From Octopus sinensis (Eukaryota), in NCBI RefSeq assembly GCF_006345805.1, contig NC_042998.1, positions 127,782,001 through 127,846,000 on the forward strand: a stretch of 64,000 nt of DNA, read 5' to 3'. Below the pieces are notes generated by a model. The model had not been told where the DNA came from. It did no database searches and saw only the letters and a list, made by a program, of their open reading frames with translations. Both the position numbers and the translations under genes were made by a program. The stretch's first letter is position 1. Each line of letters starts with the position of its first letter. This document shows, one piece after another, positions 37,998 through 48,323 of the stretch.

Positions 37998-38324
37998 TTT
38001 AAAGAGCTAAAAAACCACTATGTGGTCAGTCATATGGTAGAAATAGATCACCTACGATCAAACTACAAAGAAAAAAGTAATTTTCATCGGTCTTGCCCGC
38101 ATATTGTTCTGGTTACCGGTGAATTATTCTCTAGAGAACATGTTTTTCTTTGTAGTTTGATCGTAGGTGATCTACTTCTAGCATATGGCTGACCACATAG
38201 AGGTTTTTTAGCCCTTTAAATATACACATGTATTAGAATTTTCTCTGATTTTTCAGATTTTTGCATGATAGGCTACTGGTTTTAAATTGATATTAATTAA
38301 ATTAATATTCAATTTATCTCCCTC
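37998..38324. repeat. Fold-back element: ~78-bp arms (37998-38076 / 38143-38220) plus an unpaired tail ending CTCCCTC
   Basis: TTTAAAGAGCTAAAAAACCACTATGTGGTCAG...CACCTACGATCAAACTACAAAGAAAAA is mirrored with ~5 mismatches. Confidence 0.9.
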
Positions 38325-38374
38325 TTTACTTAAATATATATACATATATATATACATATATACATATATATATG

Positions 38375-38437
<63 letters not shown>

Positions 38438-38510
38438 TCGATGTTAATTGAATTAATATCTAATTTCTCACCCTCATTTGAAATATATATATATATATAA
38501 TAATGATATT

Positions 38511-38930
38511 TGGGAGTAAATCCAAACTGACAGGGAAAAATTAGATTTAGGATTAAATCTAATTTTACAGTAGAAATATAAATTAAATTAGATTTAAAAC
38601 CACTATTAGGCAAAGCAAACAGTGAAAAACATAAACCAAAACATAGAAATAAAATTAATTAATATAATATACAAAATATATAAAATCTAAAATTCAAAAT
38701 TTTAATTATTTAAATTTAAAGTTAAAAATTTAAAATTATTAATTTATTAATTTATATTTATAAACTAATAATTTTAAATTTTTAACTTTAAATTTAAATA
38801 ATTTAAATTTTGAATTTTAGATTTTATATATTTTGTATATTATATTAATTAATTTTATTTCTATGTTTTGGTTTATGTTTTTCACTGTTTGATTTGCCTA
38901 ATAGTGGTTTTATCTCTAATTTAATTTTTA
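38511..38930. repeat. Fold-back element: head plus ~170-bp near-perfect arms (38578-38747 / 38760-38930), 12-nt loop
   Basis: AAAACCACTATTAGGCAAA.CAAACAGTGAAAAACATAAACCAAAACATAGAAATAAAATTAATT... is mirrored with ~3 mismatches over the inner ~150 bp. Confidence 0.92.
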
Positions 38931-38960
38931 TATATATATATATATATATGCATATACTAC

Positions 38961-39330
38961 AGAGGGAGAGCGCTAAGCAATGGTAAGTTACATATTAATG
39001 TTATTATTAATCAGAATACGCTTGAGGCACGTTCGAACCGGTGAACAACCTACTCACTGTGTTTTCTCACGGAAGAGCATAAGAGGATTAATTAGCGTTT
39101 TCAATCAGCTCGTAGCGTCGCCTGCCTGGTGTCCGTGACCGAAGAGGAGATAGCTACTCCAAAATGCTTGCATCTCACGGTGTGAGTAGGTGGCGCTACG
39201 AGATGACATAGGTATATACACGCCATTTGTCAACAAACGGGATATATTCTCCGTGACACAAAGAAGTAAATGGCTTGTTCACTGGTTCGAACGTGCCTGA
39301 AGCATATTCAGACAGATAATAGCATTAATA
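38961..39330. repeat. Fold-back or MITE-like element, ~55-bp outer arms (38993-39048 / 39275-39330) with nested inner inverted repeats
   Basis: TATTAATG...GCTTGAGGCACGTTCGAACCGGTGAACAA vs TTGTTCACTGGTTCGAACGTGCCTGAAGC...CATTAATA. Inner pairs: CCTACTCAC/GTGAGTAGG and CTCGTAGCGTCGCCT/AGGTGGCGCTACGAG. Confidence 0.85.
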
Positions 39331-39546
39331 TATATATATATACATATAAAGTGATATAGAGAGATACATACACATATATATATATATTAATGCTATCATC
39401 AGTCTGTATATATATATATATATATACATATATATATACATATACATGTATATATATATATATATACATATACATGTATATATATATATATATGTATGTA
39501 TCTCATATATATATATATATATATATAAAGAGATAGAGAGAGATAC

Positions 39547-39590
<44 letters not shown>

Positions 39591-39609
39591 GTGTGCGTGT
39601 GTATGAATA

Positions 39610-39850
39610 TCATTGTTGGTCACCTTTCGCCGTGGGAACGAGCGTTATCGTGATGAATAAGCACGCCGTGTCGTCGGCCGGGTCGTTTTAGTTTCATCGC
39701 GCATCGAGTGCAGGTGACGGGCGACCGTACTATAAGAGCATCCTACATGCTCGTCTAATTCATACACAACATAAATGCCTCGGGCGGCTTTGGAAGCTTT
39801 GACTAAAAGCGAATAGAAGATGTCGAAAATGTTCATGTTTCACTTCATCG
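39610..39850 (-). pseudogene. Internally deleted mariner transposase relic
   Basis: The minus strand reads IFYSLLVKASKAARGIYVVY | ELDEHVGCSYSTVARHLHSM (two HTH pieces) and RHGVLIHHDNARSH (HDNARPH motif). Confidence 0.75.
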
Positions 39851-40174
39851 CCATATGTCTAAATGTGATGAAATTTATTCAAATTGCAAGTATGATAAAC
39901 AAAAGTTGTTGAAGGAGTATAGAAATAAAAGCGAAAACGTAGAAGACTAAAATAAAACTATTTTTCATATAAGATTAGAAGGAAACGAACGAATTTATCT
40001 GTCAACCGAATATATATATATATATATATATATTTTACAAATATAATTTTAAAGAGTTTATACTGTGACTTAATTCCTTCCATAATCTTCGTTGTACACG
40101 TAGACACGCAGAAGCAGCTGCGCACGCATACATTCAAAGTACTAGTTCGTTTCAAATTTTGCCACAAGGCCAGC

Positions 40175-40340
40175 AATTGTGGGTGACGGGTAAGTCGATT
40201 AGCTCAACTGGTACTTATTTTATCCAACCCAAAGGGATGGAGGGAAAATACTATTTCGGCCAAATTTGAACTCAGAAGGTAAAGACGGACGAAATGCCAC
40301 TGACCTTTTTGTTCGCCGTACTGATGATTCTGCTAGTCTA
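40175..40340 (-). mobile_element. Degenerate copy of the dominant SINE
   Basis: CAACTGGTACTTATTTTATCCAACCC...AATTTGAACTCAGAA...GACGAAATGCC is the reverse of the SINE body. Confidence 0.7.
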
Positions 40341-40717
40341 AGGTGGTCTAGCTGACCACCTTAGACAAAATACTAAGTGAAATTATGGAACAGTTATAAA
40401 TTCGAAGATGAAAACCTACTCCGGGTAAAAAAATAGTCACTTTTGATATTATCAGATCTCGCTCACGCTGAACCTCCCTAACATCTACGTGAAGAGTACA
40501 CGCATATGTGATGCACGTTAATTTCACAAGCAGGCTGTTCCGTTGATCGGATCAACTGGAACCCCCGTTGACGTAACTGACGGAGTGCCAATATATGCAG
40601 ATTGTGTGAAAAGTATGTAGGCATTAAAAATTGGTAATAAAGACCATATTCCTTTTACAAATTTATTGAAACAAATTATACATGTCCTTTATTACAAGGG
40701 AAAATAAAAGTAAATCT

Positions 40718-41441
40718 TCATATTTCAACGTAAGCACCGGTGGCGTCAACCAGTTTCTTTAAACGGCCAGGGATGGAATGAACAACCTAAAGGACGTTGT
40801 CTGTGATATCATTGAGAACCTCCTGAATCCGTGTCTCCAAGTCCTCCAGTGTGCGAGGTTCTGTCTTGTACATCTTTTTTGTATAAAAATCTCATGGAGT
40901 GAGATCTGGACTTGGAGTCCTGGACTTCTGAACTTCTGCGGTCACAGTCTTCAGGTTTTAGCTCCTGCACGTAATGGGGTTTCCACGGACGAAAATTCAA
41001 TTTTTAATGCAACACCGTACATATTGCATGTCTTGATAGTCCACTTTCATGCGCTGCTGTTGATTTTTGCGGGCTACGATTAAACATTTCCTGCACTGTT
41101 GGCATGTTCTCCGCTGATTGGGATATGGTTGGACGAACACTTCTTGCATCGTTCACAGAGCACGTGGTCATCAGCTTTAAATGGCAACATTTTATTGTCT
41201 CCCGACGTAGTGTTGCATGCTTACCTTTCTATGTACGCCACCATCTCTGAACCAAAACAATGTAATTCCACACTTCGTAGTCAAGCAACCGGCCATCTGG
41301 AAAATAAGTAATAAGATAATAAGAAAATAAGAAACCTCCATTAGTGTTGTCTATTTAAAAAATGTTTTCGTCATGACTTCTGTGATATCAAAAATTCTAA
41401 AAGCTAATTCTAATACCTGGTTATTTTCCGCCCACCCTGTA
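40718..41441 (-). mobile_element. Internally deleted Tc1/mariner element with one TIR
   Basis: The right end is TA-CAGGGTGGGCGGAAAATAACC (reverse of 41419-41441). The minus strand reads NFRPWKPHYVQELKPEDCDRR, jumping to SPDLTP*DF...EPRTLEDLETRIQEVL...IPGRLKKLVDATGAYVEI*. Confidence 0.82.
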
Positions 41442-41451
41442 TATATATATA

Positions 41452-42082
41452 TAAAATGGGGAGGGCCGGTTTATAGTATTGCCTTAGGTTTCCCGTTCAT
41501 AAAGGGTTTAACTTTATGGCGTATCGTCAGATCCCAAAGACTTGTTGGCCCATGACCTCTTAGAAATATGAAGAAGGAAATGTCTCACTACTGAAAGGTA
41601 ACAATTGGGGATTATCTCCCTTTCCCAATGGCTATCGACGTCCGGCTAGCGCTGGTATTGCTAGGGTTTACTAATACTTCGACTTCATAGACGACCCCTT
41701 CAGTTTCACCATGGCTTCCTACCGCACATGTGTTGCGGTCCCTGCATGAACATCCAGTTCTTCCTGCGGCTTAGGGGCACTAACTACGATCCTCTTAATA
41801 CTGGGGGCACAACTAAACGGGACTCTAACGTTGTATCTGTTGAATATGAGCCCGTACCTATGAAAGATAATGAAATGCTTGGCACAGCCTGAATTCGATA
41901 GCCATTAGCAAAGGCAAATAATCCCCACTTGTAACCTTTGAGTATTGAGGCATTTCCCCCTCCATATTTTGAAGAGGCCATGAGACAACAGGTTTTGGGG
42001 ATCTGACTATACGCCGTAAAGCTAAACCCGTTGTGGACGGGAAACCCAAGGCAATCCCATAAACCGGCCTGCTCCAATTTTA
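41452..42082. mobile_element. Head-to-head pair of PLE pLTR-like tails (41452-~41715 minus; ~41800-42082 plus)
   Basis: Both are homologous to 900-1097 (…ATAATCCCC…CATATTT…TAAAG.TAAACCC…GGGAAACC.AAGGCAAT..CATAAACCGGCC). The left copy ends at (TA)n and the right copy at TAATATAT. Confidence 0.8.
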
Positions 42083-42140
42083 ATATATTACTGCTTTACA
42101 GAGTGTGCTTCTTCTTTCGAATTTATGTTTTATATATATA

Positions 42141-42336
42141 TAGGAGAGTTTACGAAAAAAAAACAAAAGACGAAGACAGGTGGTGTACAAAACAAACAGA
42201 TGTATTAGTATAACGCTCAGGAATATAAAAAGTCTTTTACGTTTCGAGCCTACGCTCTTCTACAGAAATGGACACAGAAAAAACAAGGAGAGAATCAAGG
42301 AGAGAAAAAAGTGTGTGTAGTGGCTAACGATCTATC

Positions 42337-42337
<1 letters not shown>
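42141..42337 (-). mobile_element. Short PLE pLTR-like repeat with a hammerhead-like motif (42234-42269)
   Basis: Homologous to 10662-10840. The minus strand reads TTT CTGTAGA A GAGC GTAG GCTC GAAACGT A AAAG. It is flanked by (TA)n. Confidence 0.62.
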
Positions 42338-42379
<42 letters not shown>

Positions 42380-42441
42380 TGATGTACGTTTGTGTGCGTG
42401 AATGCATATGTATATGTGTGTAGTGTGTGTGTAAGTATATT

Positions 42442-42825
42442 GAGGGTAAAAATTATTGAAAATAATAATTTACACTAGTGACCAGCATGCAGTGTCCGTA
42501 GACTGCAAATTAATTTTGTATATATGTGTATGACCATAGGCAATTATACACTAAGAGGAAAATCACTAAGTGGCTTTCTTGCTTGCTGAAAGAAGATGTC
42601 AGATCTTCAAACTACGAAAAATACGTTCTCAAACATAGCGCATTGGACGTAAGCGAGCAAGACAATATGAAAAAAAAATTTGAAGACCATATTGTCTTGC
42701 CCGATTACATCCAAGGCGCTATGCATGAGAACATATTTTTCGTGGTTTGAAGATCTGACATCTTCTTTCAGCAAGCAAGAAAGCCACTTAGTGGTTTTCC
42801 TCTTAGTGTATAATTGCCTATGGTT
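42442..42825. repeat. Fold-back element: head plus ~137-bp arms (42533-42669 / 42688-42824, ~90%), 18-nt loop
   Basis: The same peptide (HRQLYTKRK.TKWLSCLLKEDVRSSN.EKYVL.HSALDV..QDNM) appears on both strands in the ORF track (42526+ and 42855-). Confidence 0.93.
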
Positions 42826-42870
42826 ACACACACACACACGTACACGCACACGCACACCTATATATATATA

Positions 42871-42910
<40 letters not shown>

Positions 42911-43632
42911 TATATATATACATATATACACAAACATATACATATATGTATGTATACCTGTGTAAGTATACATAACTAAACGTGCGTGTTTGTGTGTATG
43001 TTTTTATGTATGCAAATATGATACACACACGCGCACACACACACACACACACAAGTACATATGTTGATATCCACGCATATATGTATGTGTTTGTGTTAAA
43101 TGAATTTACTTATGTGAGTTTCCCGGTGTTTGTATACGTATATGTGGTACTTTTCTTCATGTATTGCTATGAACATTTTTCTTACAACCACTATCATACA
43201 CAAATATATTATTTTTTTTTTAGTTTTTGTTTTTTTGTCAAAGCGCTTATTTTTACTGAATACACTCGCTTTGAATACAAAGAGAATCCGTTGGAGTAAG
43301 AGAAAAAATATATATAGCATGAATGATTGGTTAATTGTGTAAAGAACAGAAGGTTCGGGGGGAAAAAGGGAAAAAGTGAATATGAAGAAAGAAGCAACTC
43401 GAATTCTCGATGTAGAATAAATCAATTAAATTTTCAAAGAATTACTGGAAAAATAGATGGGAAATATGAAAGAATGGAATCATGAATGAAACAAAGAAAG
43501 TCAGAAATAATATAAGAATGAAGATAGGTCATAAAAATACTGAAAACCATAAACAAACCTAATTATCGATGATGCTGATGATGATCATAACAATCATGAT
43601 GATAACAGAAATGGATATTCTTTTTTTTTCTG

Positions 43633-44470
43633 CCCTAGGAACAGGGCCCGAAATTTTGGGGGAGGGAGTCATCGATTAGATCAGCCCCAGTACGCAACTG
43701 GTACTTAATTTATCGACCCCGAGAGGATGAAAGACAAAGTTGACCTCGACGGAATTTGAACTCAGAACGTAAAGACAGACGAAATACTGCTAAGCTTTTC
43801 GCCCGGCCTGCTAACGTTTCTGCCAGCTTACCGACGTATAACAGTAATGGATATTATTATATTCAAGCGGGGAGCTTGCAGAATCGTTAGCGCGAAATGC
43901 TCAGCGGTATTTCGTCTGTTTTTACGTTCTGAGTTCAAATTCCGCCGAGGTTGACTTTGCCTTTCATCCTTTCGGAGTTGATAAATTAGATACCAGTGAA
44001 ACACTGGGGTCGATGTAATCAACTAGCTCTTCCCCACAATTTCAGGCCTTGTGCCTGTAGTAGAAACGATTATTAAAGGCGGCGAGCTGGCAGAAACGTT
44101 AGCACGCCGGGCGAAATGCTTTGCCGTAATTCGTCTATCTTTACGTTCTGAGTTCAAATTCCGCTGAGGTCGACTTTGCCTTTCATCATTTAGAGGTCGA
44201 TAGATTAAGTACCAGTTGCGTTCTGGGGTCCATCTAATCAACTTCCCCCTCCCCCAAAACTTCGGGCCTTGTGCCTAGAGTAGAAAAGAATATTATTATA
44301 TTCGCACATATAAGGCGGCGAGCTAGCAGAATCGTTAGCATATCAGACAATGTACTGAGCGGCATTTCTTCAGGCTATTTATGTTCTGAGTTCAAATCTA
44401 GCAGGATTGCCTTTCGGGATCTATGAAATGTAGTACAAGTAAGATACGGGGGTCGATGTAATCGACATGA
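43633..44470. mobile_element. Four copies of the dominant SINE: 43633-43833 (-), 43865-44072 (+), 44077-44295 (+), 44312-44470 (+)
   Basis: Each has a GGCGGCGAGCTGGCAGAA-type head and a CTGAGTTCAAAT B-box. Confidence 0.9.
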
Positions 44471-45370
44471 ACTTCACGGCTGAAAATCGCTGACATTGTA
44501 CCGAAATTTGAAACAATTATATAAGTGCTAATATGAAAACGGATCTAATCTCCATTCCATGTTTATGCATTGTGATGTAATTTGTTCGTATGTTTACACG
44601 CATACCACGGCTACACACACGTGTGTGTATGTGTGTAGGGGCGGCGTGCGCGCGCGTGTCTGTGTATTTATGTGTGCGTGTGTGCGTATATACATATTTC
44701 AGAGCCCAATGTGTATTGGCATTTTACGAAGCACCATGGGGCATTGCTTCCACATCCAGAACGGTACTGCTACTTGGCCTTCAAACATTTTAGACCGCAT
44801 CTACATGTGCCACTCGACCCTTCGTCATTTAATCATTCAGAGACAAACACCAGCCTCTGGATACAGTCGAGAAGCATCCTCTCTCTCTTCGCTCTCTCTC
44901 TTCCTCTCTTTCTCTCTTCTCTCCCTATCTACCTATCTATCTACCTGTTGCTAATGACCTTTGTCCATTCCAGCTGGCTCTTATTGCATATTAGTGATCC
45001 TGAAACACTCGTCATCTCCAGCTCTCGTCACCCTTGTTGCATCCAACTCCCGTGGCTCCACTCTGACTACTGGCCACAATCTTCCATCCTCAAAGCATCA
45101 AAATTTTTGAAATCTCTTCCTTGTTTATGCTTTTCCAGCATATGTTGAGTTGCAACATCTTAAACGAAAACATAAGACTTTGAAGGTTTGCAAAATCCAT
45201 GAGCACTACATCATCCTCCATACCCAGGAAGACAGACAGGCAGGCAGCCAGACAGAAAGACAGATAGATAGATAAATACATACATACATACATACATACA
45301 TACATAAATACATACATACATACATACGTACATACACACATATATATGCATACATACATACATACATACA

Positions 45371-45404
<34 letters not shown>

Positions 45405-45479
45405 CATACATACATACATACATACATACATACATACATACATACATACAAATGTGTGTGATTTGTAGGAGGCAATGCT

Positions 45480-45810
45480 CAAGTCGTGCAGGCCTGGTCG
45501 GCCACCAAAGGAGCCCTTGTAAATTATAATACAGCTATTGTTGACAACGGAATATGTGCAACATGTAAAAAGTGTGGGGGGATTAATTGTTTCAATTAAT
45601 TTTGGGGATTAAAAAGACATGTCAAAAGACTTCATGCTGTGGCAGTGGTTCATTTTGTCAGCCAGTACAACTGTACATAATGCAATAAAATGTGAAAATC
45701 ATTGGTGGGGCTCAAGAGTCATATAAGTGGCTCACGTTGCATAATTTAATGACTAATTTCAATGACTCTTTCTAGCAATGGCTTTGGTCGTATACGAGAA
45801 AGCAGCCACT
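45480..45810 (+). mobile_element. Decayed 3' end of an RTE-like LINE with two C2H2-like fingers
   Basis: CATCKKCGG...GLKRHVKRLH and YNCT*CNKM*KSLVGLKSHISGSRC, then a short UTR (GGTCGTATACGAGAAAGCAGCCACT) running into TA/CATA repeats. Confidence 0.55.
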
Positions 45811-45840
45811 ATACATATACATACATACATATATATATAC

Positions 45841-45902
<62 letters not shown>

Positions 45903-45914
45903 TATATATATATC

Positions 45915-45952
<38 letters not shown>

Positions 45953-45953
<1 letters not shown>

Positions 45954-47962
45954 GGTATTGTATTGGCATCCTTTCTGTCTCGGGAGACAATGGAGTTGCG
46001 CATTTTTTTTTTTTCAGTCTAGTCCGGCTTTTATATTTTATGTCCTGATACATTTCCTGCTGTGGCTGTGTAGTCCTATCCTGGACAAACACTCCCTCTG
46101 GCAGGTACCGCAAATGTAGCGAAGACTGTTCCTCTTGTTTACGTCTCTTCCTTTCTTTCCATTTCTCCTCTCTCTCTCTGTCACTCTTTTGTATTCCCTC
46201 TTTTACTGTACGTCGCCATTCTCCACGGTTGCCGGCGACTGCCTCCCAACCGCTAATATTGATGTTGCAGGCCTTCATATCCCTTTTGCAAACATCCTTG
46301 TAACGTAAGATCGGTCTACCCACAGACCTAGTACCCCTAGCAAGCTCTCCGTAGAGTATGTCCTTGGGGTTTCTGCCATCTTTCATACGGCTAACATGCC
46401 CAAGCCATCTCATACTTGTGTGAGGAGTGCAAACATGCTTGGTATTCCTGCTTGCCTGAGGACATCTTTGTTGGGGATATGATTCTGCCATTTGATGTGG
46501 AGGATTTTTCGGGGGCAGCGCAGGTGAAAGATGTTTAGGCGACGTTCTTGGCGTGTGTATAGCGTCCAGGTCTCGCTTCCATACAGTAGAGTGCTGAGTA
46601 CACATGCCTGGTAGATCTTCATTTTCGTGGTCTTGGTCAGCTTATTGTTGTCCCAAGCCCGTTTGGAGAGTTGGGCCATCGCAGCAGCTGCCTTGCCAAT
46701 GCGTATATTGAGCTCAGCGTCAAGGGATAGGTTGTAGGTGACGGTAGAGCCCAGATAGATAAACTTCTCCACCTCTTGTAATCTGTGGTCTCCAATCTGT
46801 ATGTTTGGGATGTCCGATGTAGCCTGGCCCATGATGTTGGTCTTCTTAAGGCTGATAGCTAAGCCAAAGTCGTTACATGCTTGCTCAAAACAGTTAATGA
46901 GCCTTTGGAGGGCTTCTTCTGTGTGTGTTACCAGAGCGGCATCATCAGCAAATAACATCTCCTTGATCAGGACGTTTCTGATTTTGGTCTTGGCACGCAG
47001 GCGCTAGAGATTGAACAGTTTCCCGTCACTTCTACTGTGCAGAAACACTCCATCATCTGATGTCTGAAAGGCATGTGACAGTAAGAGTGAGAAGAATATG
47101 CCAAACAATGTAGGAGCGAGGACACAGCCTTGCTTTACCCCGTCTTTTATTTGGAAGGCGGCTGATGTTGAACCGTTGTGCTGTATGGTGCCTTGCATGT
47201 CATCATGGAAAGACTTGATGATCCTCAGCAGCTTTGGTGGACATCCGATTTTTTGGAGCAGGAGGAAGAGGCCTGTTCTGCTTACCGAGTCAAAAGCCTT
47301 TGTTAGATCAATGAAGGCCATATATAATGGCATTTTCTGCTCTCTGGACTTCTCCTGAAGTTGGCCTATGGAGAATATCATATCGATAGTTGATCTGCTT
47401 CTTCTAAAGCCACACTGCGATTCTGGATAGATTCGAGAAGCAAGTAGTTGTAGCCTGGCCAGGATAACGCGGGCAAAGGTCTTTCCAACAGTGCTTAGAA
47501 GGGATATACCACGGTAATTGTTACAATCACCACGGTCACCTTTGTTTTTGTAAAGCGTAATGATGTTGGCATCCCGCATATCCTAAGGGACTGTACTCTC
47601 TTCCCAGCACTGACACAGAAGCTCATGAAGGTGCCGAAGCAGGATGGTGTTTTTGTCGGCTTTCATGATCTCTGAGGGGATGCCGTCTTTTCCCGGAGCC
47701 TTATTTCTTGCTAGGGAGTCAACAGCCTTGGTGAGCTCTGCTATAGATGGCGGACTGTCAAGTTCGCACATGACTGGCAAGATCTTGACATTCTCGACTG
47801 CAGCCTCAGCCACTGTGGTCTCCCGTGAGTAGAGATCCTGGTAGTGCTCCACCCATCTATCCATTTGCTTCCCTTGATCCCTGATGAGATCTCCAGTAGT
47901 TGATTTCAGAGGGGCTGACTTGGTTGCGGATGGACCGAGGGCCTTCTTCAAACCGGCATATC
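45953..47962 (-). mobile_element. 5'-truncated RTE-clade (BovB-like) LINE, RT domain to 3' end
   Basis: KAPGKDGIP; NYRGISLLS; ESQCGFR; FIDLTKAFD; GVKQGCVLAP; LFADD; YLGS; LYGSETW; RWLGHVSRM. One frame runs 47960->46410 with TAG at 47583-47585 and 47004-47006 and a frameshift near 46420. The 3' UTR ends in (TA)n. Confidence 0.95.
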
Positions 47963-47966
47963 AAAA

Positions 47967-48013
<47 letters not shown>

Positions 48014-48018
<5 letters not shown>

Positions 48019-48307
48019 AGTCATCGTGTATGCCATCTCCTTGCACCAGGTTTCCTACATGATGGCTTCCTGCAGCTTCGCCTCGTTGCAGACTAGGACG
48101 CGTTTTCCCTTCGACGCCAAATGCAGCGCCTTCTCCTTCTTCTCGTCGATGACGACCCTCGCCCTCATCACACAATGATCGCTGCCGGTGTTGCATGGCG
48201 TCACGACGGAGAAGTCATGTAATCGACCAGGATGTAGTCCATCTCATTTCGGTGCTCAGAGTTCGGAGATATCCAAGTCCATCTCTTCTTCTCCTTCTTA
48301 CTGAATA
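48014..48307 (-). mobile_element. Inverted 5' segment (APE endonuclease C-terminus) of the RTE-1-like element to its right
   Basis: The minus strand reads KKRWTWISPNSEHRNEMDYILVD / SVVTPCNTGSDHCVMRARV. Confidence 0.88.
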
Positions 48308-48323
48308 GGAGACAGCATAGACA

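Noticed and set aside
44950-45220. Possible RTE C-terminal remnant on the minus strand (INKEEISK...DALRM)
   Set aside because: Needs several frameshifts to align; low confidence.
45772-46605. 277-aa ORF as an independent gene
   Set aside because: It is an alternate frame of the RTE joined at a frameshift to the true RTE C-terminus, then running into (TA)n.
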